This document shows, piece after piece, positions 25,961 through 41,138 of a DNA stretch of 64,000 bases. The first letter of the stretch is position 1. Each line of letters starts with the position of its first letter. Below the pieces are notes generated by a model, which had not been told where the DNA came from, did no database searches, and saw only the letters and a list, made by a program, of their open reading frames with translations. The stretch comes from Bispira polyomma (lineage: Eukaryota), in contig OZ287754.1 in the NCBI GenBank assembly GCA_965649765.1, positions 23,746,001 through 23,810,000 of the forward strand, given 5' to 3'. Made by a program: the position numbers and the translations under genes.

Positions 25961-28254
25961 TGGAGGGTTTCACACTGGGGGCAGTGAGCAGGAGTTGCAT
26001 ATATCCTGATGTACATCTGGGGTCCAATCTCTGTAGTCGGACATTGGGTTTTACAAGGTGAGCGATTACCAAATGTACCCATAGAAATATAAACCCGATG
26101 ATGGCAACCCATCCCCATGAATTTTAATAAAGTCTCATTTAAGATATTGCAAGATACTATTGTAAACTGGTAGGTAAAACAAAACGAGTCCAACTCAAAT
26201 TAAACAGGAAGTGAAAACCACTAAATTGTCATACATGGAAACACAATTAAAGCAACAGTTTTTGTCCAAATTAGAAAAGATTTGCAGAGACAAGTCATCA
26301 AGTTACATAGGCACATAGGGGTGGATAACAAGATGAGAATGTAGTGGCCTTCAGGCCGCATAATTTTCTGACTGAAGACACAGACCAAACCAACAGACAA
26401 ATATGAGAATAAACTCTGGGCCTAAACTCTGTCTTCAGACGAAATTGATAAAAAAAAAATTTGCAAGTCCACCATTGCTGTTAAAAGTACAGTGTCTAGT
26501 TTGTTCTATTTTTGCTCACACTATGAAAACGGCAAACTAAAAAATAAACGCTGCAAAAATCTTACCATAAGCAGAGTACTTTTGCAAAGGCAATTTCCTT
26601 ATAATCCCAACTAGTAATGAATTAAATAATGATTTAAGAGATGATCCGATTTCTGAAAAAGGGGCCATTTTGAGAGACGGTTTAATTTTAGAGATGAAGA
26701 CGTTTAATGACTAGGGCTACCAATGCCCCTGTGTCCCTTGTAGTTTTTAAGGCAGTTTTACCATATACTTTACATTCATACATACAGTTTCAAAATATCA
26801 ACCTTTAACACATTAAGGTCACCTTAAGAACCAATAACTAGTCATTAGGTCAGGTAATTTTTAGGAGAACATATAATAGGTGCTCTGACAGCACAAGAAA
26901 AATGTCCTAAGTTAATGTTACCTTAGACTAAGGATTAAGCTTAAGGAAATGTATGTGATAATATGTGATATTTATGTATTTTATGGAGTGTTATAAAATA
27001 AACAACCCAAACATAAAAATGGGCCACTACATAAATACATTTATGATGGTGAAGTATTGTCACAGAAAAATACAGTTCCATCTGTATTTTAAATGTTATA
27101 ACAAGGTTTAGATGGGTTTGAGCTAAAATAAAACATGCCATCATTGAAACTATTTTCCTGGCTTTTTATTACTCCAGGGTAATTTCACTACCTACGTGTA
27201 TAGTATATTTGTGTACAAATGGCTCTCCTGACTATTGCTTTAATAGCAGTGACATATTAATGTAGAACATTAGAATTCACCTGGATTTATCACTAATTAT
27301 TTCCAGAGAGGGTCACAGTGCTGGACGTTTAAAAGTGTTTTATTATTTTAAAAGTATCAATTCTCCCTAGTTTTAAGTGTTTTAATTGACCTCAGTAATA
27401 ATCACAAAATAAAATTTTGACTTAACCTTATTGGTATACATGTATATCGCTTAATAACCTTATATTGTAGTCAATCTCAAGCTGTTATCTGAGCACCTTA
27501 ACAATTCTATTATTTACGATAAATATTAAATATCAGTATAAATATTGGACCTATGTTTTTTTTAAATGTGGTATCACTGATCACCGGCAAATTAATTAGC
27601 CGTGGATTCTCAACCACATAAGAACTTACTGGTATATATTTATTAATATTTTTTGCCACACCATGTATTTCAATGGTGGTATTTTATAATTTTTATTTTT
27701 GGTTTGAGCTACTTTTAAGGGCCTTGTTATGGTTCTGAACGGCCATCGCCTTAAATACTTTAGCAACCACCTTAGCAACCACACCACAACTTCCCAATTT
27801 TTTCACAGTTGAAAGTTAGTAGCTTAGTTTAGTTAAGCTTGGGTCTAACATCACACTTTTAGCTTAGTTTATTTAAACTTGGATGTAACATCACGCTTTC
27901 ATCGCGGTTATTTTCAACGAACAGTTTATTGGTGGAGAAAATCAGAAATTAGGTTTAAGACGGTCAAGATTTCTGTTCTGCAAACCACAACTCTTCAGCA
28001 CCTTTACCACACGTGCTATGGTCGAGTTAGGAATTGTGGATTAATCATAGTATTTTGATTCAATATCTTTATTAACGAACAAGAATTCAATATAGTTTTA
28101 AACAAATTAATTTAACTAACTGCTGTGCCATAAAAGACCCAGAAATCTGTAAGTGTACACGGTAAAGACCGCTGATCTATGGCATTGGTCTCTGACGTAC
28201 TTTCCCCAACATGAAGGAAGCAGTGGGATTCAAACCACAGTAACAACCATTAAT

Positions 28255-28625
28255 TGATATCGATAGAACCATTGATCACAGTATGTTGATTCAGTATCAA
28301 TATTAACCCACAAGAAATCAATATTGTTTTGAACAAACTAATTAAATTAAATCCTAAGAATGCTGATAAAATGAAGATAAACAGTTCATGTATGTGCTGA
28401 TAAAATATTGAATTAGGTAGATTTTCCATTTAAACAATATCAACTTACTTAATCTATCAGTAACTTGCTTCTAATAAGGACATATTACTCGAACTTAAAT
28501 TTGACAAAACAGTCTATATCACACAGACAACATTTTACAACGTAAAAACAATACTTCAATATCAAGCGATGTTGTCCACTGTATTTCACTTTGATATATA
28601 TCAATATTGATCAAATTCAATCAAT
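28255..28625 (+). repeat. Dispersed ~370-bp repeat; inverted copy at ~42088-42460
   Basis: taacttgcttctaataaggacata (~28461) is the reverse complement of tatgtccttattagaagcaagtta (~42229); flanks are collinear. Confidence 0.7.
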
Positions 28626-28805
28626 CCCTACTCTAATTCAAAACCACTGTCCTAAAAGCAGGGGAGAGCCAAGTCCTCAATAATAATTTATGTACCCCAT
28701 TATATACAACAGGTACCTACCAAATTATAGAACAAAGAGAATAAAAAAAGATATGCACAACTGTGCTACACCAAGTCACCCAAATTATGCTGTTGTGTTG
28801 ACGAA

Positions 28806-28980
28806 TCTGAATTTGATGTGGGATATTTAATGTCCACTCTAGTACCTGTTAAGGAGGAAACACTGCATACAGTTGATTAAGGTTCTGCACTGAAACCAAC
28901 AGCCCACAGTAAGGAATTACAACCTTTCCCACACAGGCATCGACGGGAGTCGAACCCACGCCAGCCGATCCTAGAGGTCA
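28806..28980 (-). mobile_element. SINE family A, internally deleted copy
   Basis: Matches the family A body and B box. Confidence 0.75.
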
Positions 28981-29019
28981 AGTGTTGACGAGAAGCTAGA
29001 TCAATCATGTTGGGATTTA

Positions 29020-29227
29020 AATTTGGTTTGGTTTTACAGCTTTTTTTTTAAAAGCTTAGGTCATATTGTGATGGCCAGATTCAATGGTTGAAGAAATCAG
29101 TGCTGAAGCCACTGTGTACACCACCGATATACAGCAAGTACCTGACAAAGGAATGAACTAGCTTCACATGGATGGGGAGCTAGTGATTGTGAAGCTAATG
29201 CTTCTAACCACTCGCCCACTTCAGCCC
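29020..29227 (-). mobile_element. SINE family B (related head, different body); other fragments at ~34520-34632, 42800-42910, 49250-49410, 53245-53523, 56610-56762
   Basis: Shared gcttaggtcatat...ggccagattcaatggt.gaagaa..cagtgctgaagcc...gcaagtacctgacaaa motif. Confidence 0.65.
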
Positions 29228-29325
29228 TTTTTCATTTTTTTCCTTTCTGTATCATGTTTCATGTATACAAGAATAAAGATTATTATTATTAATGCCTATG
29301 TACGAGAAGCTTGAGCATTGATGCT

Positions 29326-29576
29326 TTTGAATTTGGATATTTAACGTCCACTCTAGTACCTTTTAGTAGGTTATATTGGGACAGGTAGTTGGAAACGCTG
29401 GAGGAAACACTGCATACAGTCGGTCAAGGTTCTGCAGAGAAACCAGCGGCCCACAGTAAGGAACTACCACCTTTCCCACATAGGCATCGACGGGATTCAA
29501 ACTCACGGCGCCCAGAGGTGAGAGACAAGTGATTGTGAAGCGCAATGCTTGCTAACCACTAGGCCACCGCGGCCCC
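29326..29576 (-). mobile_element. tRNA-derived SINE, family A, full length with perfect 14-bp TSD
   Basis: TSD tgagcattgatgct at 29312-29325 and 29577-29590; A/B boxes present. Confidence 0.95.
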
Positions 29577-30810
29577 TGAGCATTGATGCTAGGGGATCAC
29601 ATGATATTAAATACAATAATTACTTTCACCAAGGAGATTGTGTTTTCACCTGATTCCGTTTTGTATGTTACTAGAATTATACACATCCAAAAAACACTAC
29701 ACCGATTCACATGTAATTTAGTGGAGTGATGGCGCATCATGACCCCAGAAAAATATCCATTCAATTTTTTTAGCAGCCAATTCAGATGGCTAGTAGATCC
29801 AGCATTCCTTTTCTTGGAGAAGGTATGCACTCTAAGGGGTTTCCATTCTAGTAAGCAATATCAGGTGACAGTTCTAGTAACGAATTAAATATAGTCAATT
29901 GACTCAAATCTGGTCCAATCCAATTTTCGGTCCAAAAGTTTTTAACAGATCACATTTAAGAGGTATTGCACATGATGTCACGGTCGACACAACCTTAATA
30001 TTTGTTAAAAGTAGAAATATTAGTTTTTGTTGTTACAATGTTACAAAATAAATGCTCCAAAACGTTTTTTACTCTTGTGATATAAGAGCCCTACACAATA
30101 TTTTTAATGGACTGGAAAATGATACAACCAATATAAACTTCATTGCCCAATGACAGGCCATATATATATATCCAGTTGTGGATACACATCCTTGAGAAGT
30201 TATACCTGTGTGTGTGTGTGTGTGTGATGTCATTAGTTGTTTATGTGGAGGATTTCAAAGAGATGTTGTTCAAATTATATGCCAGGAATTACTTAGTTCA
30301 CAGCAAGTCTATATTTGTACCAATATCTTGCAGTTGGTGCAACAATAAGTGGTCAAAATATTTTCACAAACCTCTTTGTCTCAACTTAAGATTTTAGCAA
30401 TTGATTTTCGTAGAAAAGGTTAAGATTTTGGTAGAAAAGGTTACGATTTTGGTCTTAGTCCCAGTGACAGTAACAAAAGATCTTTTGTGAAAGTCAACTT
30501 TGCTCTTAACACAAAGGCTAGCAGTCGGCAGTTTTAGATATTTTATGACCTCAGTTCAGACTTAAAATACCTTTTGTGAATACGGTACCTGTAATATAAA
30601 AGACCCTACACAATATTTTAACATACTGGAAAACTCATTCCCAATCTTCAAAATTTTCTGTTTCTCCATTGGTTTAAAGAGAGATGGCTCTTCCTATTTT
30701 TTATGACCCTTTTTATTATCCAAACAAAATCTTGGGTCTTTCCCTTACCATGGTTGGATAATGGAGGTTCTACTGTACAACCGTATTATACGTCACAAAG
30801 AACAACATCT

Positions 30811-30918
30811 GGGGCCGTATTCAATAACAGATTTAGTCAGATCTTCAGCTTACATCAGTATACTTTTGTGCTAGATTTAAGCCTAACACCTGGCTAAGTC
30901 CCTTAGTGAATACGGGCC
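30811..30918. mobile_element. Short Harbinger-like MITE (relatives at ~18238-18480 and ~30350-30590)
   Basis: gggccgtattca...tgaatacgggcc termini flanked by ctg/ctg. Confidence 0.6.
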
Positions 30919-31539
30919 CTGCTCACTAACGGATCATTCGGCCCACACTACACACAACAATATAGCAGTACATCATTTCTTTAACAACCACAACTGTTGT
31001 TGTACATTGTATGTAGTACATTATGACAAATGTGTACATAATACTTGACATACAAGTTATTAAAAGACAATATTCATTGTAAAAACTCTCAGATACTGTA
31101 AACGTGGAAACTGTTGACTATATAAATTGATTTTATTTATTTTGTCTATTTTAGCCTGGATTTGATTTGATTTTAACGTCGCTTTTTAACACATTGTGTT
31201 TTGGTCATACCATGATGGGCAGTTTCAGTGCTGGAGGATTTAACTAGTGTATATTAGTTGGTCAAGATTCTACACTGTAAAGTAGTGACCATGAGTAAGT
31301 AACTGCTAACATTCCCACTTTAAGCCCCAGCCAAGATTCAAAACAGGACTATAGAGCCTAGATTTGAAAACAAAATAAAAATAACTTTCTGGTTAAAAAG
31401 TTAAACTTGGAATTAATCCTCAAAAGCAAAAGATCACCAATAGTGAAAAAATAAATTTCAGTGTAAATTGGTTAGAAAGTTTAATTGTTAAATAATTTCC
31501 ATATATTTACAGTATCATATCACTAGCAGTAACACTTCT

Positions 31540-31697
31540 CAGTAGAACCTCTATTATCCGAACATTTTACTCACAAGCAGGATTTTGTTCACATAATACA
31601 AAACAAGAAAAAATAAAACATATTTAGAAAGTGGAAAAAAAATATACTGAAATATTGTTGTTGTATAACAGCCATTTAGATAATAGAGGTGCTGCTG
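31540..31697. mobile_element. Tc1/pogo-like MITE of the cagtagaacctctattatcc family (many fragments across the window)
   Basis: Imperfect TIR pair cagtagaacctctattatc / gataatagaggtgctgctg; the same motif recurs at ~8140, 30760, 38075, 46455, 48240-48427. Confidence 0.55.
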
Positions 31698-32109
31698 TTT
31701 AACTCAAAATGTAACAATGCACAATTAAGTGTAAACCAGTTTAATCCTGCAGTAAAATGCAGGAAAAAGTTGTTTAAGTGAACAGAACTTGACAGGTACA
31801 AACACCTTTTTTTTCTATTTTTTTTTCTATTTTTTTTTATTATTATTTTTTCTATTTTTTTTTAATGTATTTTTTGTGTAATGTTTTTTTTTTTTCTTTA
31901 CTTTTTTTTTTTTTTTAATTTAACCTTTATATTCTGTTTGTAACCTTTTGTCCTGTCAAAAGTTTATAATTTTTTTTTTTTTACTTCTGTTAAAAGTGTA
32001 ACACTTAAATAAATAAAACAAACTCCAATTACATTTTGGCTGCCACCAATGACAGCAAAAAAATAGTTCAACCATCACAAGCATGTTTAGCACGACTCAT
32101 AGATATACA

Positions 32110-32960
32110 AGAGTGTCAAGGTATTAGGGTCAAGGTCACTTTTCTAACATACAGAACCGCCTATTAGTCAAGGCCATTCCACTGAGATACAGATCTGTCA
32201 AGATGTTGGGGTCAAGGACACTCAACTGAGATACAGACCTAAAAAGATGTTAGGTCAAGGACAATGGACTGAGATACAGATCTAGAAAGATGTCAGGGTC
32301 AACGACACTGGACTGAGATACAGAAATGTCAAGATTTGGGTCAAGCTCATTTAATTGAATAACAAAATTGTCAAGATGTTTGGGTGAAGGTCATTTTTCT
32401 GACATACAGAACTGCCTATTAGTCAAGGTCATTCCACTGAGATACAGATCTGTCAAGATGTTGGGGTCAAGGACACTCAACTGAGATACAGACCTACAAA
32501 GATGTCAGGGTCAAGGACAATGGACTGAGATACAGACCTACAAAGATATCAGGATCAAGGACAATCGACTGAGATACAGATCTACAAAGATGTCAGGGTC
32601 AAGGACACTGGACTGAGATACAGATCTACAAAGATGTCAGGGTCAACGACACTGGACTGAGATAGAGAACTGTCAAGATTTAGGTCAAGCTCATTTGATT
32701 GAATAACAAAATTGTCAAGATGTTTAGGTCAACGTCATTTGATTGAAAAACAAAATTGTCAAGAGGTTACAGTGAAGGTCATCTGACTAATAAACAGAAC
32801 CTCCAACTTAAAAGGGTCAAGGTTAATTAACCAACATACTGCAAAGATATTAGGGTCAAGGACATTCGACTGAGATACAGAAGTTTCAAGAGATTACAGT
32901 CAAGGTCATTTTACTAAGATGCAAGAGGGACAACATAATTATTAAGGTTACAAGGTCATA
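32110..32960. repeat. 44-bp tandem repeat (~19 degenerate copies)
   Basis: gggtcaaggacactggactgagatacagatctacaaagatgtca; period 44 (32581 to 32625). Confidence 0.9.
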
Positions 32961-34630
32961 CAGCCATAAACAACCTAAAAATAATAAGTATTTATAAATA
33001 CAGTACACGTATACAGTTGAACCACTCAGGTGAACCTAAAATGATCCGGAAAACACCTGTACTTAGGCAGGATTTCCATTCAACAAGGTAGTTTATAAAC
33101 ATTTTGGGGTCTACAAATTTATCTCCATATAAAGATGGACTCAATTTCTGTGTAAAGGGGTTCAACTGTGTATTAACAATAACCAAATAGAAATCAGGAA
33201 AAACAGACTTTGAATGACAGTTTGCAACTCTCTCGTCAGAGAGCAACACTTTTCTAAACAAACTTTACTGATGACGTTGCCATTACACTAAACTGGAACA
33301 AAATAACACATTTGCAACAGATTACTGTAAAAGTGGAAATTTCTGCTGAAATTAAAGTCCCCTACATCTTAATTTTACAAAAATTTAGTAGATTTGCAAT
33401 TACCCAATTGCTCTTTCCTTATGGAATTTTCAATATCCCCAAGTGTATAAGAGATAAATTAGTTTAAATAATTCCCAGTGGCATTTCCAATTAAACAGTA
33501 ACTAACATTTTGCTTCTGACATTATTATTTGTTTAAAATCTATTAAAACCAATTATAACAAAATGTAGATAAAATAGGCAGATTAAAATACAATACAAAT
33601 ATTTCTTAAAAAAAATATTGACAGTTGTAAAATGAAAAAAAACAAAAAAACATTTAACTTTTTTAAAATAAAGGATACAAACACACATCAGGAAATCTCT
33701 ATCCAACAATCGTTTTGTGTAGATTCCAAAATGGTTATATTGTTTAGTACAGCAACTTGTTTAGGTGTAGATTCCAAAAATAGTTTTTCTGTTTGAAGCA
33801 GTAGCAAGGAGGTCAACATTAGCTGTAAGGACAAACATATTAGGTGATTAGACATTTGTTTATTTATTTGTAAAATACATAATGGTAACAACAACAAAAC
33901 ATCGTAAAACAAGAAAAATAGCTCCCCCCCCCACCCCCCCCACCCACACCTAAAAATTAAAAAAAAATGGATGAACAAGTAAATTAATACAAAAAATAAG
34001 GAAAACTAAAAAAAACATAAAATCTCTTACAATAGCCAAGTCAACAATACTGCCTGCAATTTTTTTTATTAGATTGATACTTTCGTCTATATGATTTATC
34101 TGCGATATCCATATATTGATATGCATTTACTATTAGTTTTCTATTCTTCAATTTATTACTGCATCTCATGGTTAGGGAAGATATATATATATACATGTAC
34201 TTTGTTCCTGTACGACATACTGTAAAACTACAAAGTTACACACACCAGTTATAATTTGTACTAATTCATGCTACCTAAAACAACAGTGCCAAATAGAAAA
34301 GTGATGCTCATTATTAAAGTAATTAGTGAAATGTATTATGCACTCTATGGCCTGCATAATATACAATGAAATCATAACTTTTACAACATGATTGAGAAAT
34401 AGACTAAACATGGTTCTACTTAAAGGGGGTTTGAGACTGTAATTCAAATCATATATACAGCAGTTATTTAAGCTTTCCTGTATGTCTTTATTATTCCAAA
34501 TTGTATTTGAACTTTTTAGGAGGGTTTTAAATTGCCTGCAACAGCTCAGGTCATATCACGACGGCCAGATTTAATGGTGGAAGAAATCAGTGATGAAGCT
34601 CTGAAAAAACACCAGCCTACAGCAAGTACC

Positions 34631-34877
34631 TGAATTGGGATATTTAACATTCACTCTAGTACCTGTTTAGGTTATATTGGGACGGGTAGTTGGAAACGCT
34701 GGAGGAAACACTGCATACAGTTGATCAAGGTTCTGCACTGAAACCAGCGGCCCACAGTAAGGAACTACCACCTTTCCCACATAGGCATTAATGGGAGTCG
34801 AACTCATGCCGCCCAGAGGTGAGAGACCAGTGATTGTGAAGCGCAATGCTTGCTAACCATTAGGCCACAGCGACCCC
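34631..34877 (-). mobile_element. SINE family A, full length, abutting a family B fragment
   Basis: Near identity to 29326-29576. Confidence 0.9.
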
Positions 34878-35629
34878 CTATACTGGAGTAGGCCTTACAT
34901 TGGAGGCTTGCTAAATATGTGTACTTATTAAGTTTATAATTGTTACAATGAAATAATGCATACCCATGTGAATGAAGTCATTGTATTCTCAAACCTCACC
35001 AAACCTGGAACTCCCTCAGCTCTACCTTGACCTCACTCGTAGTTCAAGTTACAACAATCTAAAACAAATTATATTCACCTGTCAAAGAAATATACGCAGC
35101 TCAAGATCCTCTGATGTACATCAGGGAACAGATGTGATTGCTTTGGGGAGTCATTCTGACAGGAACACAGCATCATCAACAAGGAAGGGCGAGTTAAAAC
35201 TCAATTCAGTGGCGTTTAAAATGTGTAAAACACATGCCATCAAGTGGGCGCAGAAATAGATATAGATGTGCCACACAACCTAGAAATAAGGATAGAACAA
35301 AAAATGTAAAACCACATGTTAAACAATTCTACATAATTTGCTTTAGTATTCAGAAAAAGAAAGATTATCTCTTAAAAATACAAACAGGTAAAGAAGACTG
35401 TCTCAAACATATAACAGTAGAAGTTCTATTATCCATACATCTTGGAAGCGTAATATTATTTATTTGGATTATCGTATTTTGCATTTTTAAAATGCCGCAT
35501 TTATGCGAGGCACCCTCTGAAGCGTATCAACAGAATCAATTAACCAATTTAGAAGCAAACAAAACGTAGCCATGGTCATAAGGAAGGGGGTGGGCGTGTA
35601 CAGGGAGAGAATTAGGAGGGGGGGAATTT

Positions 35630-36325
35630 TAAGAGGTAGGTTTCAAGTTTTTTCCTGAACCCAAAAATAGTTTCTAGTGATCCAAGCTCAATTGGAAGAC
35701 TATTCCAGAACATTTGAGAAGGTTCTAGATCTAGCCCTCTTTATGAGTTTTGCAGAGCAAACAGAAAGTGTCCATCTTCTTTTGAGGTTACTGAAGGAAA
35801 GATGAATAGCAAGGTAGGAGGGCGTATTGAGAGACAACAGCTTTGACAGTGGGGACATGGATTTTAAAGAAAATTTGATAGTTTATAGTGCAAGTCAGTG
35901 CAAGTTTTAAAGGTATGAAAAAAGAGATTTAAGTATGGATGCCCAGGCGAGAAATGACTTGACACATCATTAGTTTTAAATGGACTGTACTGTAATTGTA
36001 ATTAAACTTTTATAGCGCTTAATCTCCCCTTAATGAAGGGGACTCTTAGGCGCAACAGCACAAAAGACAGTAATCCGATATCAATATCCAGGGAGAGAAA
36101 AGGGTCGAGCACCACAGAGCGAGCCGGGGGATGATTGGGACTAAGGTGGGTATGCTCTGGTGTACAAGTGGGTTTTAAGCTGCCTTCTAAAAGAGGCTAG
36201 TGAGGGGGACGCACGAATCACATCAGGAAGAGCATTTCTAACAATGGGAGCATCAAAAGGAAAGCTGTGACCAAACTGTTTGACTGACTTTTGAGTAAAC
36301 GGGTGGAACTTTGGAACTACTTTAT
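35630..36325 (-). mobile_element. Two adjacent L2/CR1-clade LINE 3' fragments
   Basis: Minus strand gives WNSLP-like and FRRQLKTHL-like ORF2 C-terminal motifs; 3' UTR gcgcctaagagtc...aagcgctataaaagtt resembles 58495-58540. Confidence 0.65.
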
Positions 36326-39300
36326 GACTTTATGTTATTAATGTGGAAGAATTATAAAAAATAGAAAAAATTGTACAGAACTGATATTTTTAAAAGAAAC
36401 AAAATACGAAAAAAACTAAAAATTTGAATCCCATTTAACTAGAACTGTGTAGTCCCCAACATGTTCGCCCTGCTGTTTTTACTAATGAATGAATCTTTTG
36501 AACTCATGTTTAGGTGAAATCTTAAAGGACTATGACAACAATTCTACTTGAGCAAGATTTCCGCATTGTAGACTTAATTAATAAATCAAAACAGCTTTGG
36601 TAATGACTACAAATTTTCTCCAAATAAAAAGAATGATATTGACTTAAAACAAGTCTACTTTAAGGGCTCTGACTGTAAAGACACTTTTGTATCATCAATT
36701 TACAACCAATAAAATTTGAAAACTACAAAAATAACACTAAACTCACTTTATATTTAGGATTTTCAATGTCCATAGCAGGACCTTGTTTTTTTTTCAATCG
36801 TAGCGTCCTGCTTGGTATCCCGTATTTCTGAAATATTAAAAATATGAAACACTTACACAATTAAATCAATTGTAAAAAGAACACAGAAACTAATGCATAA
36901 ACGCAAGAGATTTAGACAACAAAAAATAAACACCTTTTACCCTGAAACATTGCCAATACAGTCCCATTTGTGTCATGTATACTTATACTATTAGTATTTT
37001 TAGTTAGCTTAACCTGCATCTCTGAATTTACAACTACTGAGATGTTCATAATTTGTAGACACTTTATGTGAATAGTTTTTTCCCAAAATTCCCCAATGCA
37101 AATTTGTCTAATGTACATATTAAGGGTTTAGTAACGTAAACACAAAAACATGACGGCAATAAAGTATGATGCTTTACGAATGCTTATTTCTACTCTGTAT
37201 GACAACTATGATGGCTTTAAAAGTATACTTTAGTGAGATTTTTAACTATTTTTATATGTCCAAACTAATGAAAAGGTTAACTTTGCTATAAAACTATAAA
37301 AACACCCATATAATGATTCTTGTATTGCGACGTCACACAATTTGAAAAACTATGTAGAACGTCATATCTGTAAACAAATCTCGCAGAGAGCCCTGTCTAT
37401 TGTGACATAATAAGAGTATTGATCCAGTTTATATCAGTACAAGATATACGCTACACAACTTTATAAAACATGTATATTATTTCTAGTGATTTACATTTTT
37501 CAATATGTTTCCTAATTTTATAAAAACAAAGAATATAAAAAATCTTTCTGTTTAGAAGAGTGTAAGTTTAATGTTTTTCTAAAACAAGCCCAGTTTTTGT
37601 GCTTTTATTGAAAAACGAATTCATTCAAAATAATGCTGATGTTTTTCTTTTTCTAGTCATGTACAATACTTCAGTGTTGATCCCTTCTTGGTATATGAAT
37701 TGTGTCATGTTTGTGAAGCATGTACTTTGAAAATATTACCCATTTTTGTTACAATTTAACACACTGCTATATGTATTGGATGTCTCAAGATACCTATTGA
37801 AATGATACGTGAAAAATATAAATTAGTATATAATTAGAATATATGTCATTCTTTATTATTTCTACTAATGCAAATGTAAAAATGTTATCTATAAATCGAC
37901 TTTAAGGCCACCCCCCAAAAAATGTGCTGTTTCTGAGAAGCTCGACCTCTCATAACGTGGTTATCGGCGATCGTTTTATGCGTTTACGTTACTAAAGCCT
38001 TAAGTAAATAGTTCTTTTGATTGATGCATTTTCTATTATCCAAGCTAACTATTTTATCATCAACACTTGTTCGGATAATAGAGGTTCTACTGTATTTATC
38101 AAGGTTAAATAAAACATATAATTTACCTATAACTTCACAGTCCGCCACTTCTGGCTAGTGACCATTTTATAGAAATATTGATGGAAAAATGAAACTACCT
38201 CAGAAATCATCAGTCCTAATCCTAAATAAACAAAAAATAAGATAAACAACAAACATTAATTAAGTAGATTGATTTTAAATTTACCGACATTAATAACAAC
38301 TGTGTATCACATTGTAACAGCTAGTTTTATTGGTGGAGAAAAATGAGTACAGGATCATTGGTCAAGATTTCCTGCACTGCAAACTACCAGCCTTCAGCAA
38401 TTCTACTGCCAAACTTACCACATACAGACCACATGGCTGAGAATCAAATCCCATCTGCAAAGGTGGTAAGAGTGTTAGTGTTACACCACGACTGAAGCCT
38501 CCGCCACTGAAAGTGGCCTTATTGGGCACAATGCCAGCTAACACCTAAAAACATAAATGTTCCGTAATAATAGAAAGTAGCAACTTTACTTTATACACAC
38601 CAGGACCGAGATTTGAACCCACAACTGCAGAACTGGGAGGGGAGTCTGTTACCTATACAACAGTAAGGCCCCTCACAAAATACCAAGAATAAATACCTGT
38701 GTTTTTTCACCAGTGAATTCTGACATTTAAGTCTATATGTCAAAAAACCATACATATTTCATTTTTCTTCTTAACATTTAATCCATATAAAGTAATATAT
38801 TGTTGATATGCTGATAATCATAAACACTAACTGGAAAGTGTTGTTTATTTAATATAATATCATCACTTGTTGATGATCAAAAATATCCAAGGATTTAGCA
38901 AAATCTTACAAACTTACTTTTTGTTTCACTGTCAGAAGGCTGCTTAAGCATTCCCTCTCTCAGAATCTCCAATTACTGGGCTGTCTGTAGTACACCACTT
39001 GGAATGGCCATCACATCATGACCAGGTCATCAGTAACAACACAGCAAGCAAATCATTTGTTTCCTCCTGGTAGTGTAAGCATCTTCACATCATATTCATG
39101 GACCTGTAGGTTCCGTCAGCAGAGGCACTATTTATAGCGATTAATCTTCTTCATAGTGACAAAACTTTGCAAGGCACTGCAAGTGATGAAAGTACATATT
39201 TGATATGCAGTCTAATAATCCAGTAGTATCTCTCTCTTTCAGCATTCTAACTTCTGTAGAAGCGAAGTCCAAGGACCAACACTCGCTACAGGGAGTGTGT

Positions 39301-41138
39301 GTTGACAGGGACACTTCAAGAATATATTTTCATATATATTCTCCAACAGCCAATGTATGACCTCATAATTTTACAGTCAATTGTGGCTTGAGGTAAATTG
39401 TTTGTTTTACATTGTTTGATTCCATAGAATAAAGTATCTGTTTATACCATTTATCCCTCTAAAATCTGTTTTCGTTGATTTTTTGTTTTGCAGTCTTTTG
39501 TAGTGGTTAATGTAGGTAGTCCTTTTCTCCTATGTGGATCTCCTGATGGTTTTTGTACAATCAAAATTATTTAAAAAACACTTATTTGTTGCTTGAGATT
39601 TCACAATAATCTTTCTTTGTAGCAAGTTTGTTTTTCCTTTTTCACCAGTGATTCAGTTAAACTGGTTTTGATGTGTGTGTTGTTCACATATACTAGTTTT
39701 TGGGAACAACGATTTCCTTATAAATTCACACAATATTAATTATCCCCACAAAACCCTACAAAACTCTATAACGAAGGCATAAATACACTGTGTATACACA
39801 CATAAATGGCCAAAAAAATTTAAATAAATTTAAAATTGGCATTTATATAGCCTCTTAAATTAGTTGAATTATTAAAAACTGTGAAAACTTCAAACTGACC
39901 AGTAATTATCTACTTTTTTTCACAGACAATTACTTTAGATTTTTTATTGGCATGTAATAACTATGAATATTGTTAAAACACAGAATTTCCAGCTGGTATT
40001 TATGCAACTCCATCATGAATAAGAATACATTTCCGTCGATTCATTTTTTTTTTTTTTGCAGAAATATTTTTGCTCTACATGAGGAACTGTAATTTTATCT
40101 GGCTTTGACAAACAATTATTATAAGAAGAACAAAAACACTAAAGATGTACAGTAGTTGGGAAAACACGAGATGTACAGTAGTCACAAAAAGACTAACGAA
40201 CAGTAGTCACAAAAAGATTATATAACCTTGCAAACACAAACATACCTACACCTAACATTTTTAAAACATAAAAACAAGGTTCAACCTAGTTAGGTATACA
40301 ACTGTTCAGTTTATATTTTTGCACCACGGAAATTAATTGGGGCTCTTTCTGCCAATGTGTTATATATATCACTAAGTCAATTTTTTTTCCAGGCCAAGGT
40401 CATAGCTCAAGTTTCAATTAAGGTCAATGTTATATTTTTCAAAATCAAGCTTTTATGGTCAAAGTCAAAGGTAATAGGTCAAATTTAGTTAAAAATATAT
40501 ACCAACCCAATAAATATTAGTGCCAAATATGAGCTTCCTCCTACAAGTAGTGGTAGGTTTTTAGTCCGTTCAGTCAAGGTTTTCTTTAGGTCAAGGTCAT
40601 AACTTTGAAGTCATAGGTGGCAAGAAGTTAGACCCGACCATCGCACAGTTACACCAACTGAAAAATATTGGTACACATATAAAGTTCCTGTAACAAGTAT
40701 TACTGGAAATATAATCTGAGCAATATCTCTTTGAAGTCCTCTAAACAAACAACTAAATTATATCGCACATACACAGGTATAACTCTGAAGTATGTGTAAC
40801 CACACAACTGGATATATATATTGCCTTTATTTTGGCAACATAGTTCATAATGGTTGTATCACATTCAAGTCCACTAAAAAAAATTACACAGGGTTTTTAG
40901 ATCACAGGAGTAATAACATTTCAGAGCATTTGTTTTTCACCACAAATTGTACATATAATAACTACCATTTTTACTTTTTAACAATATTTAAGTTTGTTGT
41001 CAGTATTTTCATCATGTGCAAAACCTCTTAAATGTGATCAGTTAGAAACGCTTGGACTGGAGAAATTGAGATGGAACAGATTTTGGTACACATTGATTGT
41101 ATTTAACTATTTCCTAGAAGTGTGACCCATTACTGTTT

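Noticed and set aside
25140-26193. 305-aa Pro-rich extensin-like ORF and Gly-rich antisense ORFs
   Set aside because: Stop-poor low-complexity DNA is open in several frames on both strands; there is no signal peptide or splice support and the start is non-ATG.
38917-39105. Minus-strand exon-like segment with AG/GTAAGT ends
   Set aside because: Stops in all three frames and no link to either gene.
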